Shown here in pieces: positions 1-9,517 of a stretch of 24,000 bases of DNA. The position numbers and the translations under genes are program-made. This DNA comes from Candidatus Pelearchaeum maunauluense (GTDB lineage Archaea; Thermoproteota; Nitrososphaeria_A; Caldarchaeales; Caldarchaeaceae). The notes below the pieces were generated by a model. That model was not told where the DNA came from, ran no database searches, and saw nothing but the letters and a program-made list of their open reading frames with translations. Location: contig JANVYQ010000013.1 in NCBI GenBank assembly GCA_030059675.1, forward strand, positions 219-24,218, in the 5' to 3' direction. The first letter of the stretch is position 1. Each line of letters begins with the position of its first letter.

Positions 1-144
1 GTAGAGCACGTAGGATATTGCGTCTAGTATTGAGGTCTTACCTGAGCCGTTCTCGCCCACTATCACCGTGAGCCCTTCTGTGAATTTCAGCTCGGTATCC
101 CTGTGTGAGATGAAGTTTCTCAGCTTCAGCTCGCGCACTATCAC
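1..144 (-). CDS. rad50: DNA double-strand break repair ATPase Rad50, N-terminal fragment (continues beyond the window)
   Basis: Minus-strand translation from GTG at 144: VIVRELKLRNFISHRDTELKFTEGLTVIVGENGSGKTSILDAISYVLY, with Walker A GENGSGKTS. GTGA overlap with the mre11 stop. Confidence 0.93.
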   Translation of the reverse strand, partial: MIVRELKLRNFISHRDTELKFTEGLTVIVGENGSGKTSILDAISYVLY

Positions 145-1271
145 TTGCTTGACACCTCACCAGCCTCGCTGAGTATCGTCTCCTCCAGCTCCTCCTCGCC
201 GCCCCTCTTGAAAGCGTCATAGATTCTCAGCGCAAGCTCAATATCACGCTCCCCAAACCCCCTACCCAGCATATATTCCCTGACTATTGAGCGAATATCA
301 AGCGAGCGCTGTATCTTCTCTAGACTAAACTCGCCTACTTCCTCATGAACCTCAAAACGGTGGTAGAGAACATCCCCGCCCAGCTTCTCCAGCAGTATGC
401 GCGCAACTTTACCAGCATCAACACCACGGCCTGAGACTGCTAGATGTACTATGGGCTTCTTGGCGAGGGTATGCGACCACCGCCTAACCTCATCCAACGC
501 GGCGGAAAGCTCCTCCTCTCTCGTCTCCACCATGCGCTGCGGCCTCACGCAGCTCAGCGTTATCTCGTGTAGTATGGGCTCTTCTTTGGATAGGTCGGCT
601 AAGTAGAAGCCCTTACCCATGCTCTCCCAGTCGGCTATCTCCGCGCGTGAGAGTATCTCCAGGGAGCCTGGGTATGCTGCGATGGTGTTGTGTATGTTTA
701 GTTGTTGGCGTCTGTGTTCGTGGCCTAGTGCGTAGTAGCTGTAGCCCTTGGGTAGTTTGGCGATTCCAGCCCGTCCCCCGCGCTCAAGGGGTATGTGCGC
801 TACTAGGACGCGCTTCTTCCCCGTCTCGTCAGCGGGACGCGCTATACTGTTAATGGCTTCCTCAAACATGCTGGGAGGAAGCTTATCAAGACCAGCAAAC
901 ACAACAGCGCCCGAGGATAAGGATAGCTCAACTCTCTTCTGGCCTATGTGGATTAAGTTATCAAACAACGCTGTCGGCGGGAGCTCGTCAAGCCTCCTTG
1001 GATAGTCGTGGTCTCCCAACACGTGGAGAACTTTAACGCCCTTCTCCGCGAGCTGTGATAGTATTTTCTTAGCCCATGTCAGGGCTTTTACAGGCGGCCT
1101 AGGCGTGTCAAATAGGTCTCCAGCTATTATCACCGCCTCAACATGCTCGCGTAGTGCGTGTTCCACAGCCTCGGCAAACGCTTCGTATATGTCGTTCTCC
1201 CTCTCACCCAGGCCGTACTGCCTATACCCAAGATGAACATCAGCCATATGTGCGATAAGCGCCATCCCCAA
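141..1271 (-). CDS. mre11: Mre11 / SbcD-type DNA repair exonuclease
   Basis: Metallophosphoesterase motifs: HMADVHLGYRQYG, AVIIAGDLFDTPRP, HVLGDHDYPRR, ALGHEHRR. Immediately upstream of rad50. Confidence 0.93.
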   Translation of the reverse strand: MGMALIAHMADVHLGYRQYGLGERENDIYEAFAEAVEHALREHVEAVIIAGDLFDTPRPPVKALTWAKKILSQLAEKGVKVLHVLGDHDYPRRLDELPPTALFDNLIHIGQKRVELSLSSGAVVFAGLDKLPPSMFEEAINSIARPADETGKKRVLVAHIPLERGGRAGIAKLPKGYSYYALGHEHRRQQLNIHNTIAAYPGSLEILSRAEIADWESMGKGFYLADLSKEEPILHEITLSCVRPQRMVETREEELSAALDEVRRWSHTLAKKPIVHLAVSGRGVDAGKVARILLEKLGGDVLYHRFEVHEEVGEFSLEKIQRSLDIRSIVREYMLGRGFGERDIELALRIYDAFKRGGEEELEETILSEAGEVSSK

Positions 1272-1355
1272 TACCAGCGCGGCATGGCTGGATTTATCTT
1301 ACTCTCCCCATCGTGTAGCTTGATATAGCGCTCAAACTACCTGGGAGATACGGTA

Positions 1356-2957
1356 TTGAGCAACAGGGATATTACTACGGCGCTGGAGTTCCATGAGCTG
1401 ACCAAACACTCCTACACTAGCGTGAGGACTAGCACGCATAGGCTTGATTTGCATAATAGGCCATATCCGTTCAAGGTGTATCTTGAGGCTAAGCGCGTGG
1501 AGCTTCCCCGCGAGTTCCCCAAGCCCAGCCTCCCCACCTTGGAGGCGTTGGCTGGTAAGAACTTAAGAGAGAAGCGGGGAGAGCTGGATATAGCGGGGCT
1601 CGCTGAGATACTATACTTCTCCGCTGGAATAACACGCGTGCTTCGCAACCCCTTGGGCGAGTTCTATTTCAGAGCAGCGCCAGCAACAGGGGCTCTCTAC
1701 CCGATTGAGCTCTACATAGTTTCAGGCGACATCCCTGGGCTTAGAGCGGGTGTTTATCACTTTGACCCAGGCGAGTTTATCCTCAACACACTACGCGAAG
1801 GGGATTATCGCGATTATTTGAGTAGAGCGGCTGGCGAAGAGCAGGCAGTAAGAGATGCGCCCGCGACTGTTGTTATGACATCAATAGCATGGCGTAATGC
1901 TTGGAAGTATCAAGTCCGCTCTTACCGCCACTGGTTCTGGGACTCTGGAGTTATAGCGGCCAACATGCTAGCCGTCTCCGTCTCTGAGATGATAGGAGCG
2001 CGCGTGATTATGGGGTTTGTGGATGAGATGGTGAATAAGCTACTATGCGTCGGCGGCTCGGTTGAGGAGGCAGCTATAGCGCTCATACCGCTAGCCGCTT
2101 CAGCGGGGGAGAAGGCTCCCAAGAAGAGGAGACGCGTATCCCAGGAGGAGCATAAGACGATGCCGCTCTCGCGGTACATCATAAACTATCCAGCTATATG
2201 GCAGATGCATAAGGTATCGTCGCTAACCTCTGTTGAGGAGGTCAAGGAATGGAGGGGGCAGAGAGTAGAGCAGGTTGAAGATAATTATGAGGGAGAGACC
2301 TATAAGCTTGAGGGCTGGGATGATGTTTCGTCCCCTCCTCTTTGGGAGACTATACTTAAACGCGGCTCCACGCGGAGGTTCGCTCAAAAGCCAATAAGCG
2401 AGAAACACCTAGCCACTATACTTGGATACTCAACACGCGGCCTGGATGCCGATTTCCTAAATAGTGGAGCAAGCCTCATAGATGTTTACCTCATAGCCTC
2501 CTCGGTTGACGGCATACCAGCGGGGGCTTACTACTACGATAGGAAAAACAGCACGCTACTCCTACTCAAGCGCGGGGCGTTTAGAAGGATAGCTGGGTAT
2601 CTCTGTCTTGAGCAGAAGCTGGGCGAGGACGCCAGTGTGGTCTTCTTCCTCATGACAAGGCTTAATCAAGTCCTACGTAGACTGGGTAATCGCGGCTATA
2701 GGGCATGCCAATTTGAGGCTGGCGTGGTCGCTGGCAGGATGTACCTGGCGGCATACGCGTTAGGTTTGGGAGCTACTGGGCTGACTTTCTACGATGACGA
2801 GATTACGGAGTTCCTCTCACCCCATGCAAGAGAGAAGAGTAACATGCTGACTGTTGCTGTTGGCTTTCCCGCGTATAAGGCTAGGAGCGGAGAGATTCTG
2901 CTGGGCGTCGTGAAGCATGAGAGAAGGATGGAATACCCGCAGATAGGGAGGGGCTAG
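1356..2957 (+). CDS. SagB-type dehydrogenase / nitroreductase-fold protein, two tandem domains
   Basis: ORF of 533 aa (TTG start; exact start uncertain). FHELTKHSY N-terminus, RAAPATGALYPIELYIVSGDIPGLRAGVYHFDP, and a second copy GSTRRFAQKPISEKHLATILGYS...GIPAGAYYYD...GLGATGLTFYDDEI. Confidence 0.85.
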   Translation: MSNRDITTALEFHELTKHSYTSVRTSTHRLDLHNRPYPFKVYLEAKRVELPREFPKPSLPTLEALAGKNLREKRGELDIAGLAEILYFSAGITRVLRNPLGEFYFRAAPATGALYPIELYIVSGDIPGLRAGVYHFDPGEFILNTLREGDYRDYLSRAAGEEQAVRDAPATVVMTSIAWRNAWKYQVRSYRHWFWDSGVIAANMLAVSVSEMIGARVIMGFVDEMVNKLLCVGGSVEEAAIALIPLAASAGEKAPKKRRRVSQEEHKTMPLSRYIINYPAIWQMHKVSSLTSVEEVKEWRGQRVEQVEDNYEGETYKLEGWDDVSSPPLWETILKRGSTRRFAQKPISEKHLATILGYSTRGLDADFLNSGASLIDVYLIASSVDGIPAGAYYYDRKNSTLLLLKRGAFRRIAGYLCLEQKLGEDASVVFFLMTRLNQVLRRLGNRGYRACQFEAGVVAGRMYLAAYALGLGATGLTFYDDEITEFLSPHAREKSNMLTVAVGFPAYKARSGEILLGVVKHERRMEYPQIGRG

Positions 2958-4147
2958 GACTGAGCCAGCTCCCTAGCCAAGATATCAACCCCGTCATCGA
3001 CGGTGCAGCCGAGAGCGCGTAGTGAGCCCGCTAGCGCAGCGATTGTGGGCAGGAGATAACGTGCACTGGCCGTAACGCCCATGTGGCCTATTCTTATCAC
3101 GCGCTTCTCCGAGTCGTTTATCCCGCCAGTTATCATTATTCGGTAGCGCTCAAGCATGAGCTTTACTAGTTCCTCTGCCTTTCCAGCAGCTTCGCGCGGT
3201 AGTTTGAGGGCTGTTACGGTTGGTGATGCGAATTCTTCCTTGGGCAGTATCTCCAGCCCCATGCTCCTCACAGCTTTTCTAAACGCGCGCGCAACCCTTT
3301 TGTGCCGCGTATAACGTTTTTCCAAGCCCTCCTCCACAGCGGCGCGCGAAGCCTCGCGTAAAGCTAGGACTGAGTAGGTATTTACCGTTGTTGGGTATGG
3401 ATGTCCATAGTCGCCCCACATGGAGATATAGTTGCGCCAGACCTCAAGGTTGGTGAACCAGCTGCGCGGCTTCTCGCGTCTCCTCTCAAAGGCTTTCAGA
3501 ACCTCGCCGCTTATAGCAACTGGAACCGCGCCAGGCATGGCTGCTAGACACTTATTCGGATAGCCCACGCAGAAGTCTATACCCCATCCATCCACATCTA
3601 TATTCACACCACCGTAGGACGAGATAGCATCAACCAGAGTTAATACTCCATGCCTCCGCGCTATGCGCACATACTCCTCTACTGGGCTCAGAGTCGCTGT
3701 TGATGTTTCGTTATGAACTAACAAGACCGCCTTGACTTCCTTATGATTTTCTAGAGTATTTTCAAGCTCGTCAGGGCTTACTACGGAGCCGATGTCCGAT
3801 TTGATTGTGATAACGTTAGCACCACAATACCTAGCCACCTCGCCGAACCTATCTCCAAAGAACCCGCTGCTCACGCAGATAACAGTATCACCAGGCTCAA
3901 CCACACTCGCTATACCCAGCTCCAGCGCGAGCGTCCCAGGGCCTGGAACAATTATTACATCACTCTTCTCCGTGTTGAATATCTTTCTAGATAGCTCTAT
4001 GGTCTCGTCGTAGATGGATTTCCACTCCCCGCCATAGTGGGCGTGAGGAGGAGAGCAGAGCACGCGCTGCACATCTGGATGGAGTTCTGTTGGCCCTGGT
4101 ATCATCAGTATCCGCCTATCCATGAAGTAGCGCCATTCCTCGGCCAA
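2954..4147 (-). CDS. Class V PLP-dependent aminotransferase (serine-pyruvate/alanine-glyoxylate type)
   Basis: RILMIPGPTELHPDV, PGPGTLALELGIASVVEPGD, VHNETSTATLSP, VDAISSYGG, CLAAMPGAVPVAISG. The start may be a few codons internal (MDRRILMIPG). Confidence 0.9.
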   Translation of the reverse strand: MAEEWRYFMDRRILMIPGPTELHPDVQRVLCSPPHAHYGGEWKSIYDETIELSRKIFNTEKSDVIIVPGPGTLALELGIASVVEPGDTVICVSSGFFGDRFGEVARYCGANVITIKSDIGSVVSPDELENTLENHKEVKAVLLVHNETSTATLSPVEEYVRIARRHGVLTLVDAISSYGGVNIDVDGWGIDFCVGYPNKCLAAMPGAVPVAISGEVLKAFERRREKPRSWFTNLEVWRNYISMWGDYGHPYPTTVNTYSVLALREASRAAVEEGLEKRYTRHKRVARAFRKAVRSMGLEILPKEEFASPTVTALKLPREAAGKAEELVKLMLERYRIMITGGINDSEKRVIRIGHMGVTASARYLLPTIAALAGSLRALGCTVDDGVDILARELAQS

Positions 4148-4346
4148 TCTAATACCCCGCCTCCCTGCTTCGTTAGCATCTCTAAATAACCGTTAATCGC
4201 CGATTATACAACGCTTCGCAGATTATCTCCTTTAAGCATCTCCGCCGACTATCGTTAAGCATATTTAGTTGATTATGCGTCTTGGTCATGAGATATAGTA
4301 AAAACCTCACGCGGCGTAATAGCAAATTAAGTTGGGCGGCTCTATG

Positions 4347-4751
4347 TTAGGGAGCTGGCGCGCTGTCTATCGCGTCGTTGGCCAGCTTATCTGCTCCCCG
4401 ATTATCCTCCCTCCCCACGTGGATTATCTCAAAACTGTCAAACTCGGAAGCCATCTTGGAGGCCTTCTCAAACAGCTCTCTTATGCGCTCGTTCCTCACA
4501 CGATACTCCCCGCGCATCTGCTTAACCAGCAACTCGCTATCAGAATGCACCACAACATCCCTAACACCCAGCTTATAAACCGCCTCCAGCGCCATGATTA
4601 GAGCATGATACTCGGCTTCATTATTCGTCTTCACGCCCAGATACTTACTTATCCTATGCTCGTCGTCGTTGAGATAGATTATAACGCCAGCTCCCGCTGG
4701 GCCTGGATTACCACGCGCAGCCCCGTCTATGTAGATGTATGCTTTCTTCAA
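4347..4751 (-). CDS. rnhA: Ribonuclease HI family protein
   Basis: KKAYIYIDGAARGNPGPAGAGV, NNEAEYHALIMALEAV, VVVHSDSELLVKQMRG, GREDNRGADKLANDA. A TTG start at 4751 is preferred over the ORF-track start 4790, which overlaps L10e. Confidence 0.88.
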   Translation of the reverse strand: MKKAYIYIDGAARGNPGPAGAGVIIYLNDDEHRISKYLGVKTNNEAEYHALIMALEAVYKLGVRDVVVHSDSELLVKQMRGEYRVRNERIRELFEKASKMASEFDSFEIIHVGREDNRGADKLANDAIDSAPAP

Positions 4752-4758
4752 GCCTACA

Positions 4759-5265
4759 TTACTGAGCCTTGGCGAGCACCTGGCGTTCAACTATGTAATA
4801 CTTCTTCGGGAGCTTCTTTGCGGCCAGCTCAAGAGCCTCCCTAGCGCGTTGAACGCCGTCGGCATATACTAGAACTCTGAAGACAGGCCGACCTGGCTCC
4901 ACGCGCGCTGCCCTCCCTACTGGCTTGCCGAAGGCGCGGCGCATACCCTCCTGAAGCCTATCCGCGTGAGCTCCGAATATCATCTTATTCTCGCGCAGGA
5001 TATGATGCGGATGCGCCTTAAGCTCTGCGAAGAAGTTCTCACCCAGCTTATCCGTCAGGAACTTGTTAAGCGTAATCCTAGCAGACTCTAGGGCAACATC
5101 CCTAATCTGGAGGCTTGTCTCTGGCATTAGGAGGAGCTCATGCGTGTAATCCTCGCGGTACGTCCCTGCGGAGAACTTTGTTATCCTGATGGGTGGTGGT
5201 CCGTGGATATACTCGTGCCTAGTGTAGGGCATCCCTTCTATTGCGCGGTAGTTCTTGGCCTTCAA
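4759..5265 (-). CDS. rpl10e: 50S ribosomal protein L10e (L16 family)
   Basis: MKAKNYRAIEGMPYTRHEYIHGPPPIRITKFSAG...HPHHILRENKMIFGAHADRLQEGMRRAFGKPVGRAARV. Confidence 0.93.
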   Translation of the reverse strand: MKAKNYRAIEGMPYTRHEYIHGPPPIRITKFSAGTYREDYTHELLLMPETSLQIRDVALESARITLNKFLTDKLGENFFAELKAHPHHILRENKMIFGAHADRLQEGMRRAFGKPVGRAARVEPGRPVFRVLVYADGVQRAREALELAAKKLPKKYYIVERQVLAKAQ

Positions 5266-5310
5266 CGCCTTCTCACCTCACCAGCCTAACCTACCCCATG
5301 GCACCCACAA

Positions 5311-5928
5311 TTAAGGATTTAGCTTATGATGCCTCTCCCCCGTAGGCGCTGGCTCGCGGACGAATATTCGGTATTTCTCCTCCTTATTCATCAGCTCGTC
5401 CAGTATTCTCTTGCTTATTGAGCCTGGGGGGTCTAGTAGCCCTACCCTGTTCTTAACGTCCTCGTAGCTCTCAAAGGGCTTTGCATCCCGTTCTTCCAGT
5501 AGTTTTTGGAGCATCTTCTTCCCAACCCCTGGTATTAGCTCTAGCGCATGTAGCCTGGGCGTTAGTGGGTTGCTCTTGTTGAAGAAATCCACGAAGCGCT
5601 GCTCGTTCTCGTTTACGACCCGCTGTATCGTTGCTTCTAGGTTTAGCCGCGCCGTCTCGGTGAGGTCCTCAATACCTATGCGCCTGACGATGCGTATAAG
5701 CTCGCGGGGGGCGTCTCTTCCTATGTATATGCGCATCCCTATCTTGGGCTTGTATCTCTCGGAGACCGCAGCCTCCAAGAGTGTGAAGTACTCCTCACCA
5801 AGGAGCTGGACGATAAACTCGCTCTTTCCTATAGCGTGGTGGGTTGCCAGGCGCCTTCTCTGGGCTGCGGGAAAAATGTCAAGCACATAAGCATAATCCT
5901 CGTATCGCTTCGGCTTTGTCTTCTGCAT
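5311..5928 (-). CDS. DUF655 family protein (putative nucleic-acid-binding, HhH-containing)
   Basis: YEDYAYVLDIFPAAQRR...FIVQLLGEEYFTLLEA...LTPRLHALELIPGVGKKMLQKLLEER. Located next to rpo4/rpl21e, as is usual in archaea. Confidence 0.85.
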   Translation of the reverse strand: MQKTKPKRYEDYAYVLDIFPAAQRRRLATHHAIGKSEFIVQLLGEEYFTLLEAAVSERYKPKIGMRIYIGRDAPRELIRIVRRIGIEDLTETARLNLEATIQRVVNENEQRFVDFFNKSNPLTPRLHALELIPGVGKKMLQKLLEERDAKPFESYEDVKNRVGLLDPPGSISKRILDELMNKEEKYRIFVREPAPTGERHHKLNP

Positions 5929-5968
5929 GGGATTTCACGTCGCAGCCCATAATGAGCCAAACAGGCCT

Positions 5969-6349
5969 TTACTCCTTAAGCTCGCCGTCAAGCGCCTGCT
6001 TGACCAAGCTCACGATACCCTGCATCTTCTCCTCCGAGAATAGGAGGAACGAGACTAGGCGCTTGTATCCGCTTAGGATTGCCCGAAGCTCCTCCACGCT
6101 TGTCGGGCATGAGTCGGCAACCTGCACGGCCTCCCCGCGTGTGAGGCCGTAGCTTGAGGGGTCCATGAGCTTCTTGATGAGGAGCTCCGCCTGGTCCGCG
6201 CGTAGCCTTGAGTATTTCCTGACGTAGCTTAGGGTGCGCATCTGTAGGGGATTTAGGGCTGTCTCATGCTCAGCCAATATACGCTCAACTACCGCAATGG
6301 GAACCTCGGTCTTAGATAGGATTTTCCGCGCCACTACGCGCTCACCCAT
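5969..6349 (-). CDS. rpo4: DNA-directed RNA polymerase subunit Rpo4 (RpoF)
   Basis: 126 aa ORF overlapping the L21e end by 16 bp in the conserved rpl21e-rpoF arrangement; ERILAEHETALNPLQMRTLSYVRKYSRL. Confidence 0.85.
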   Translation of the reverse strand: MGERVVARKILSKTEVPIAVVERILAEHETALNPLQMRTLSYVRKYSRLRADQAELLIKKLMDPSSYGLTRGEAVQVADSCPTSVEELRAILSGYKRLVSFLLFSEEKMQGIVSLVKQALDGELKE

Positions 6350-6630
6350 GGCTTGAGATGGTCTGGGAGAACAGAAATCTCCTTTGGCTTATCTCCCTGC
6401 ATCACCCTAACCACGTAACCATGCCCCCTCTTCTCCACGACAGTGCCTATCTTACCATGATAACGGCGGTGGGGCATACCCTTCTGGACACTTGGCTCTA
6501 TAACCACCAGAACCTTATCTCCTGGTTTATACTCGGTTAGGTAGATGTCAGGCCGTGGCCCGCTCCGCGCGCCGCGCGGCCTGGTTGTAAGACTCCTAGT
6601 CTTCCTCCTAAATCCCCTAGACCTTGCCAA
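6334..6630 (-). CDS. rpl21e: 50S ribosomal protein L21e
   Basis: RGFRRKTRSLTTRPRGARSGPRPDIYLTEYKPGDKVLVVIEPSVQKGMPHRRYHGKIGTVVEKRG. Confidence 0.93.
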   Translation of the reverse strand: MARSRGFRRKTRSLTTRPRGARSGPRPDIYLTEYKPGDKVLVVIEPSVQKGMPHRRYHGKIGTVVEKRGHGYVVRVMQGDKPKEISVLPDHLKPWVSA

Positions 6631-6713
6631 CCGCCTTCACCAATCTCTGGTAATCTTAGTGCCTCTAGCCCCTATATAAAGGAGGATTACGCACGGCTCT
6701 GGCTTATAGCTCT

Positions 6714-8054
6714 TTAGGCCTCCACGACCACGACTGAGAGGTTGATCTTCTGAGGCCTCGCTCCCAGGGCTTCGGCTATGTTTGGCTTTGTCCTTCCTCC
6801 GTCGCCGTCTATCAGCTCCTTTATATACATCCCGCCCTGCGCCCTAATCGTAAAGACCACCTCGCGGGCGCTCCTCTGCTCTGCGCGGAGCTCGTATAGC
6901 GTCTTGTGCCGTAGCTTGTCTGCGCGCCGCGCCAGCACGCGTGTTGGTGTTCTCTGCTCTATCACGATATTCCTAAAACGCTCCTCAACCTCGCGGAGCT
7001 TCCCGCCATCTATATCGCTGTCAAACTCAACCTCAGCGACGTAGGTCTTTGAAGCGTGTGGGGACATGGCCTTAAGCTCCCTCACCTCCTTACGCGATGC
7101 CCTCCTAAGGCCGCGCACCTCAACAGCGCCGGCCGCGTGCTCGTTAATTAGGCGCTCAAGCTCGCTGAAGTCCAGAAGCCTTCTGCGCGGGCTTTTCAGC
7201 TCCAATACGAATGGCCTCCCAGTCCCCTCTACAAGCGCATCCACATCCTCGCGCCCCGCCGCGTGGAATTTGTAATCCAGGGCCTCGGCGTAGCTTGTTG
7301 CGGGTATTCCTATGAGCTCGCTCACGCTTGTCTCATATTCCTTGCCCGTATAGTTGCATGATGGGCATCCACGTCCCCAGCATCTACGGCAGTGCCAAAC
7401 GGCCTGGGGTAGGTCGCGCCTATGTTTTAGGTAAGAGCCGCGTATGAATAGTGGGTTGGACTTAATCTCAAACCTGTCGTTGAAGAAGTCTATTATCACG
7501 GTGATGTCTGGCATGTCGTAGCTGACTTTAGCGTTGGTGGAGGATTGGATTATCTTACCCACCTCGCGGGTTATGTCGTTCTTTATGTCCTCGCCGCTTG
7601 TTATGCCGAACTCGGAGCGTATTCGGTCTTCGCGTTCCCTTACGTCAGGCGGTATAGACGCGCCCAGCAGGAATGAGCCAAACTCATACTCGCGTAGCTC
7701 TTCTAGTATTTTCTCTGCAAGCTTGTTGAATCTCTCCTCGCTTAGTAGGCCGCCGCAGATATGGCAGGGCTCCGTCTCCACCTTCACCCCCTTTCTCCTC
7801 TCTAGGATGAGCTGAGCCTGGCGCAGGCCGCCTTTTTCGGCCAGGATTCTCAGCTCATCAAAACCCCGTTCATCACCCAGCGAGGCCGAGGCATCAGCCT
7901 CCATCGCGAGAACAGTCTTTAGAGCCGAGCCGCGCTGTTTATTACTCATCCCCTGAGCCAGGCGTGCAAACTGCCGCCCCAAGCAATAGTCGCAGAGCGG
8001 ATACTTGGCAAGCAGCTTGAGCGTTTTCTCCAATAAACGCGTCTGCTCAAACAT
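6714..8054 (-). CDS. pus10: tRNA pseudouridine(54/55) synthase Pus10
   Basis: N-terminal CDYCLGRQFARL and CHICGGL zinc-binding cysteines, second CRRCWGRGCPSCNYTGKEYETSVSELIG, C-terminal RPFVLELKSPRRR...VHAEVEFDSDIDG-like catalytic region and KINLSVVVVEA end. Confidence 0.9.
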   Translation of the reverse strand: MFEQTRLLEKTLKLLAKYPLCDYCLGRQFARLAQGMSNKQRGSALKTVLAMEADASASLGDERGFDELRILAEKGGLRQAQLILERRKGVKVETEPCHICGGLLSEERFNKLAEKILEELREYEFGSFLLGASIPPDVREREDRIRSEFGITSGEDIKNDITREVGKIIQSSTNAKVSYDMPDITVIIDFFNDRFEIKSNPLFIRGSYLKHRRDLPQAVWHCRRCWGRGCPSCNYTGKEYETSVSELIGIPATSYAEALDYKFHAAGREDVDALVEGTGRPFVLELKSPRRRLLDFSELERLINEHAAGAVEVRGLRRASRKEVRELKAMSPHASKTYVAEVEFDSDIDGGKLREVEERFRNIVIEQRTPTRVLARRADKLRHKTLYELRAEQRSAREVVFTIRAQGGMYIKELIDGDGGRTKPNIAEALGARPQKINLSVVVVEA

Positions 8055-8078
8055 TAGAGACCACCAACGATTAGCGTG

Positions 8079-9419
8079 CTATTTTTGTAGGAGCTGTTTT
8101 GGAAGCTTCCACTGCGCCCTCTTCAAGCTTTTCATCATCTTCTTTGACATCTGATAGTTCTTCAGCAATTCCTTAACATCGCGCTCAAGCGTCCCAGAGC
8201 CGCGGGCTATTCTACGCGCGCGAGAGTCGTCTATTATGCTTGGGTTAGTCTTCTCTTCCTGCGTCATGGATTGTAGTATTGCGGTCCATTTCTTGATACG
8301 CTCCTCCGCTTTCTCCAGCTCTGCTTCAGGCAGGTCGGCCATACCAGGTATGGGCAGCTTGGAGAGTATCTTCCTTAGAGGGCCTAGCTTACGCATGTCG
8401 CGGAGCTGGTTAACCATATCCTCCAGGGTGAACCGCCCGCTCATCAGCGCTTTGATTCTCTCCTCGCTTGTCTCCAGCTCGGCTAGTTTAACTCGCTCAA
8501 CCAGGCTCTCTATGTCTGGCATTCCGAGGAGTGAGGCTATGTAGCTTGATGGGCTGAAGGACTCAAAGTCCTCCACGCTCTCTCCTACGCCTATGAACTT
8601 TACCTTAGCGCCTGTGGCCGCTACCGCTGAGAGCGCCCCGCCGCCTTTTGCCGAGGTGTCCAGCTTGGTAACTATTATTGAGCCGAAGCGTGTTGCTTTG
8701 TGGAAAGCCTCGGCGTGGGCGCTGGCCTGCTGGCCTATCGTGCCGTCTATGACCAGCATGGCCTCGTCGGGCTTGATTGCATTCTCCATCTCGCGCATCT
8801 CCTGCATCAGAGACTCCTGCTCCTTATGCCGCCCCGCCGTGTCTATGATTATCACATCCAGGTTCTGTTTCTTAAGCTCCTCAACACCTCTGCGCGCTAT
8901 CCCCACAGCGTCGCCTGAGCCTGGCTCCCCGTATAGCGGTATCTGACGCGGCTCCAGGAGCTGTCTCAACTGCTCATAGGCGCCTGGCCTATAGGTGTCG
9001 GCGCATACAACCCCAACCTTATAGCCGCTCTTCTTCAGGTAGTTGGCAAGCTTGGCCGCTGTCGTGGTCTTCCCAGAGCCCTGAATGCCCAGAAGCATGA
9101 TAACATACGGATGCTTACCGCCTGTAGTGAATTTGGGCGGCCTCTCACCTAGGAGAGCGGTAAGCTCCTCATACACTATCTTGACAATCTGCTCCTTCCT
9201 GCTTATCCCCTGCGGTAGCTTCTCCTCCAGCGCGCGCCGCCTAATCCTGTCCGAGAGCTCCTGAACAAGCTCAACGCGAACATCCCCCATTATGAGGCCG
9301 CGTTGGATACCCCTAACAAGCTCCTCCACAGCCCTCTGGTCAGCCCCTGGGCCTGCGAGGAACTTGCTTATCGCGTCTTTAATCGCCTTGCCTATAGCCA
9401 TCTGAGGGCTCAATCCCAT
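8079..9419 (-). CDS. srp54: Signal recognition particle 54 kDa protein (SRP54)
   Basis: MLLGIQGSGKTTTAAKLANYLKKSGYKVGVVCADTYRPGAYEQL, DTAGRHKEQESLMQEM, TKLDTSAKGGGALS, methionine-rich C-terminal M domain. Confidence 0.97.
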   Translation of the reverse strand: MGLSPQMAIGKAIKDAISKFLAGPGADQRAVEELVRGIQRGLIMGDVRVELVQELSDRIRRRALEEKLPQGISRKEQIVKIVYEELTALLGERPPKFTTGGKHPYVIMLLGIQGSGKTTTAAKLANYLKKSGYKVGVVCADTYRPGAYEQLRQLLEPRQIPLYGEPGSGDAVGIARRGVEELKKQNLDVIIIDTAGRHKEQESLMQEMREMENAIKPDEAMLVIDGTIGQQASAHAEAFHKATRFGSIIVTKLDTSAKGGGALSAVAATGAKVKFIGVGESVEDFESFSPSSYIASLLGMPDIESLVERVKLAELETSEERIKALMSGRFTLEDMVNQLRDMRKLGPLRKILSKLPIPGMADLPEAELEKAEERIKKWTAILQSMTQEEKTNPSIIDDSRARRIARGSGTLERDVKELLKNYQMSKKMMKSLKRAQWKLPKQLLQK

Positions 9420-9517
9420 CTCCCCAACCTATGCTGGCAGTATTAAAGTTAGGGCTCATAATCGCGCGGGTAAAACCTTATTTCATACCCTACACGCTAA
9501 TAGCTCCAAGGGGGAGG

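Noticed and set aside
38-220. 60-aa minus-strand ORF in the supplied track
   Set aside because: Different frame from the clear Rad50 N-terminus (VIVRELKLRNFISHRD...GENGSGKTS) covering the same DNA.
4148-4330. Intergenic region tested for sRNA or promoter structure
   Set aside because: AT-rich with possible TATA-like stretches, but no paired C/D boxes, kink-turn or strong hairpin that I could support.
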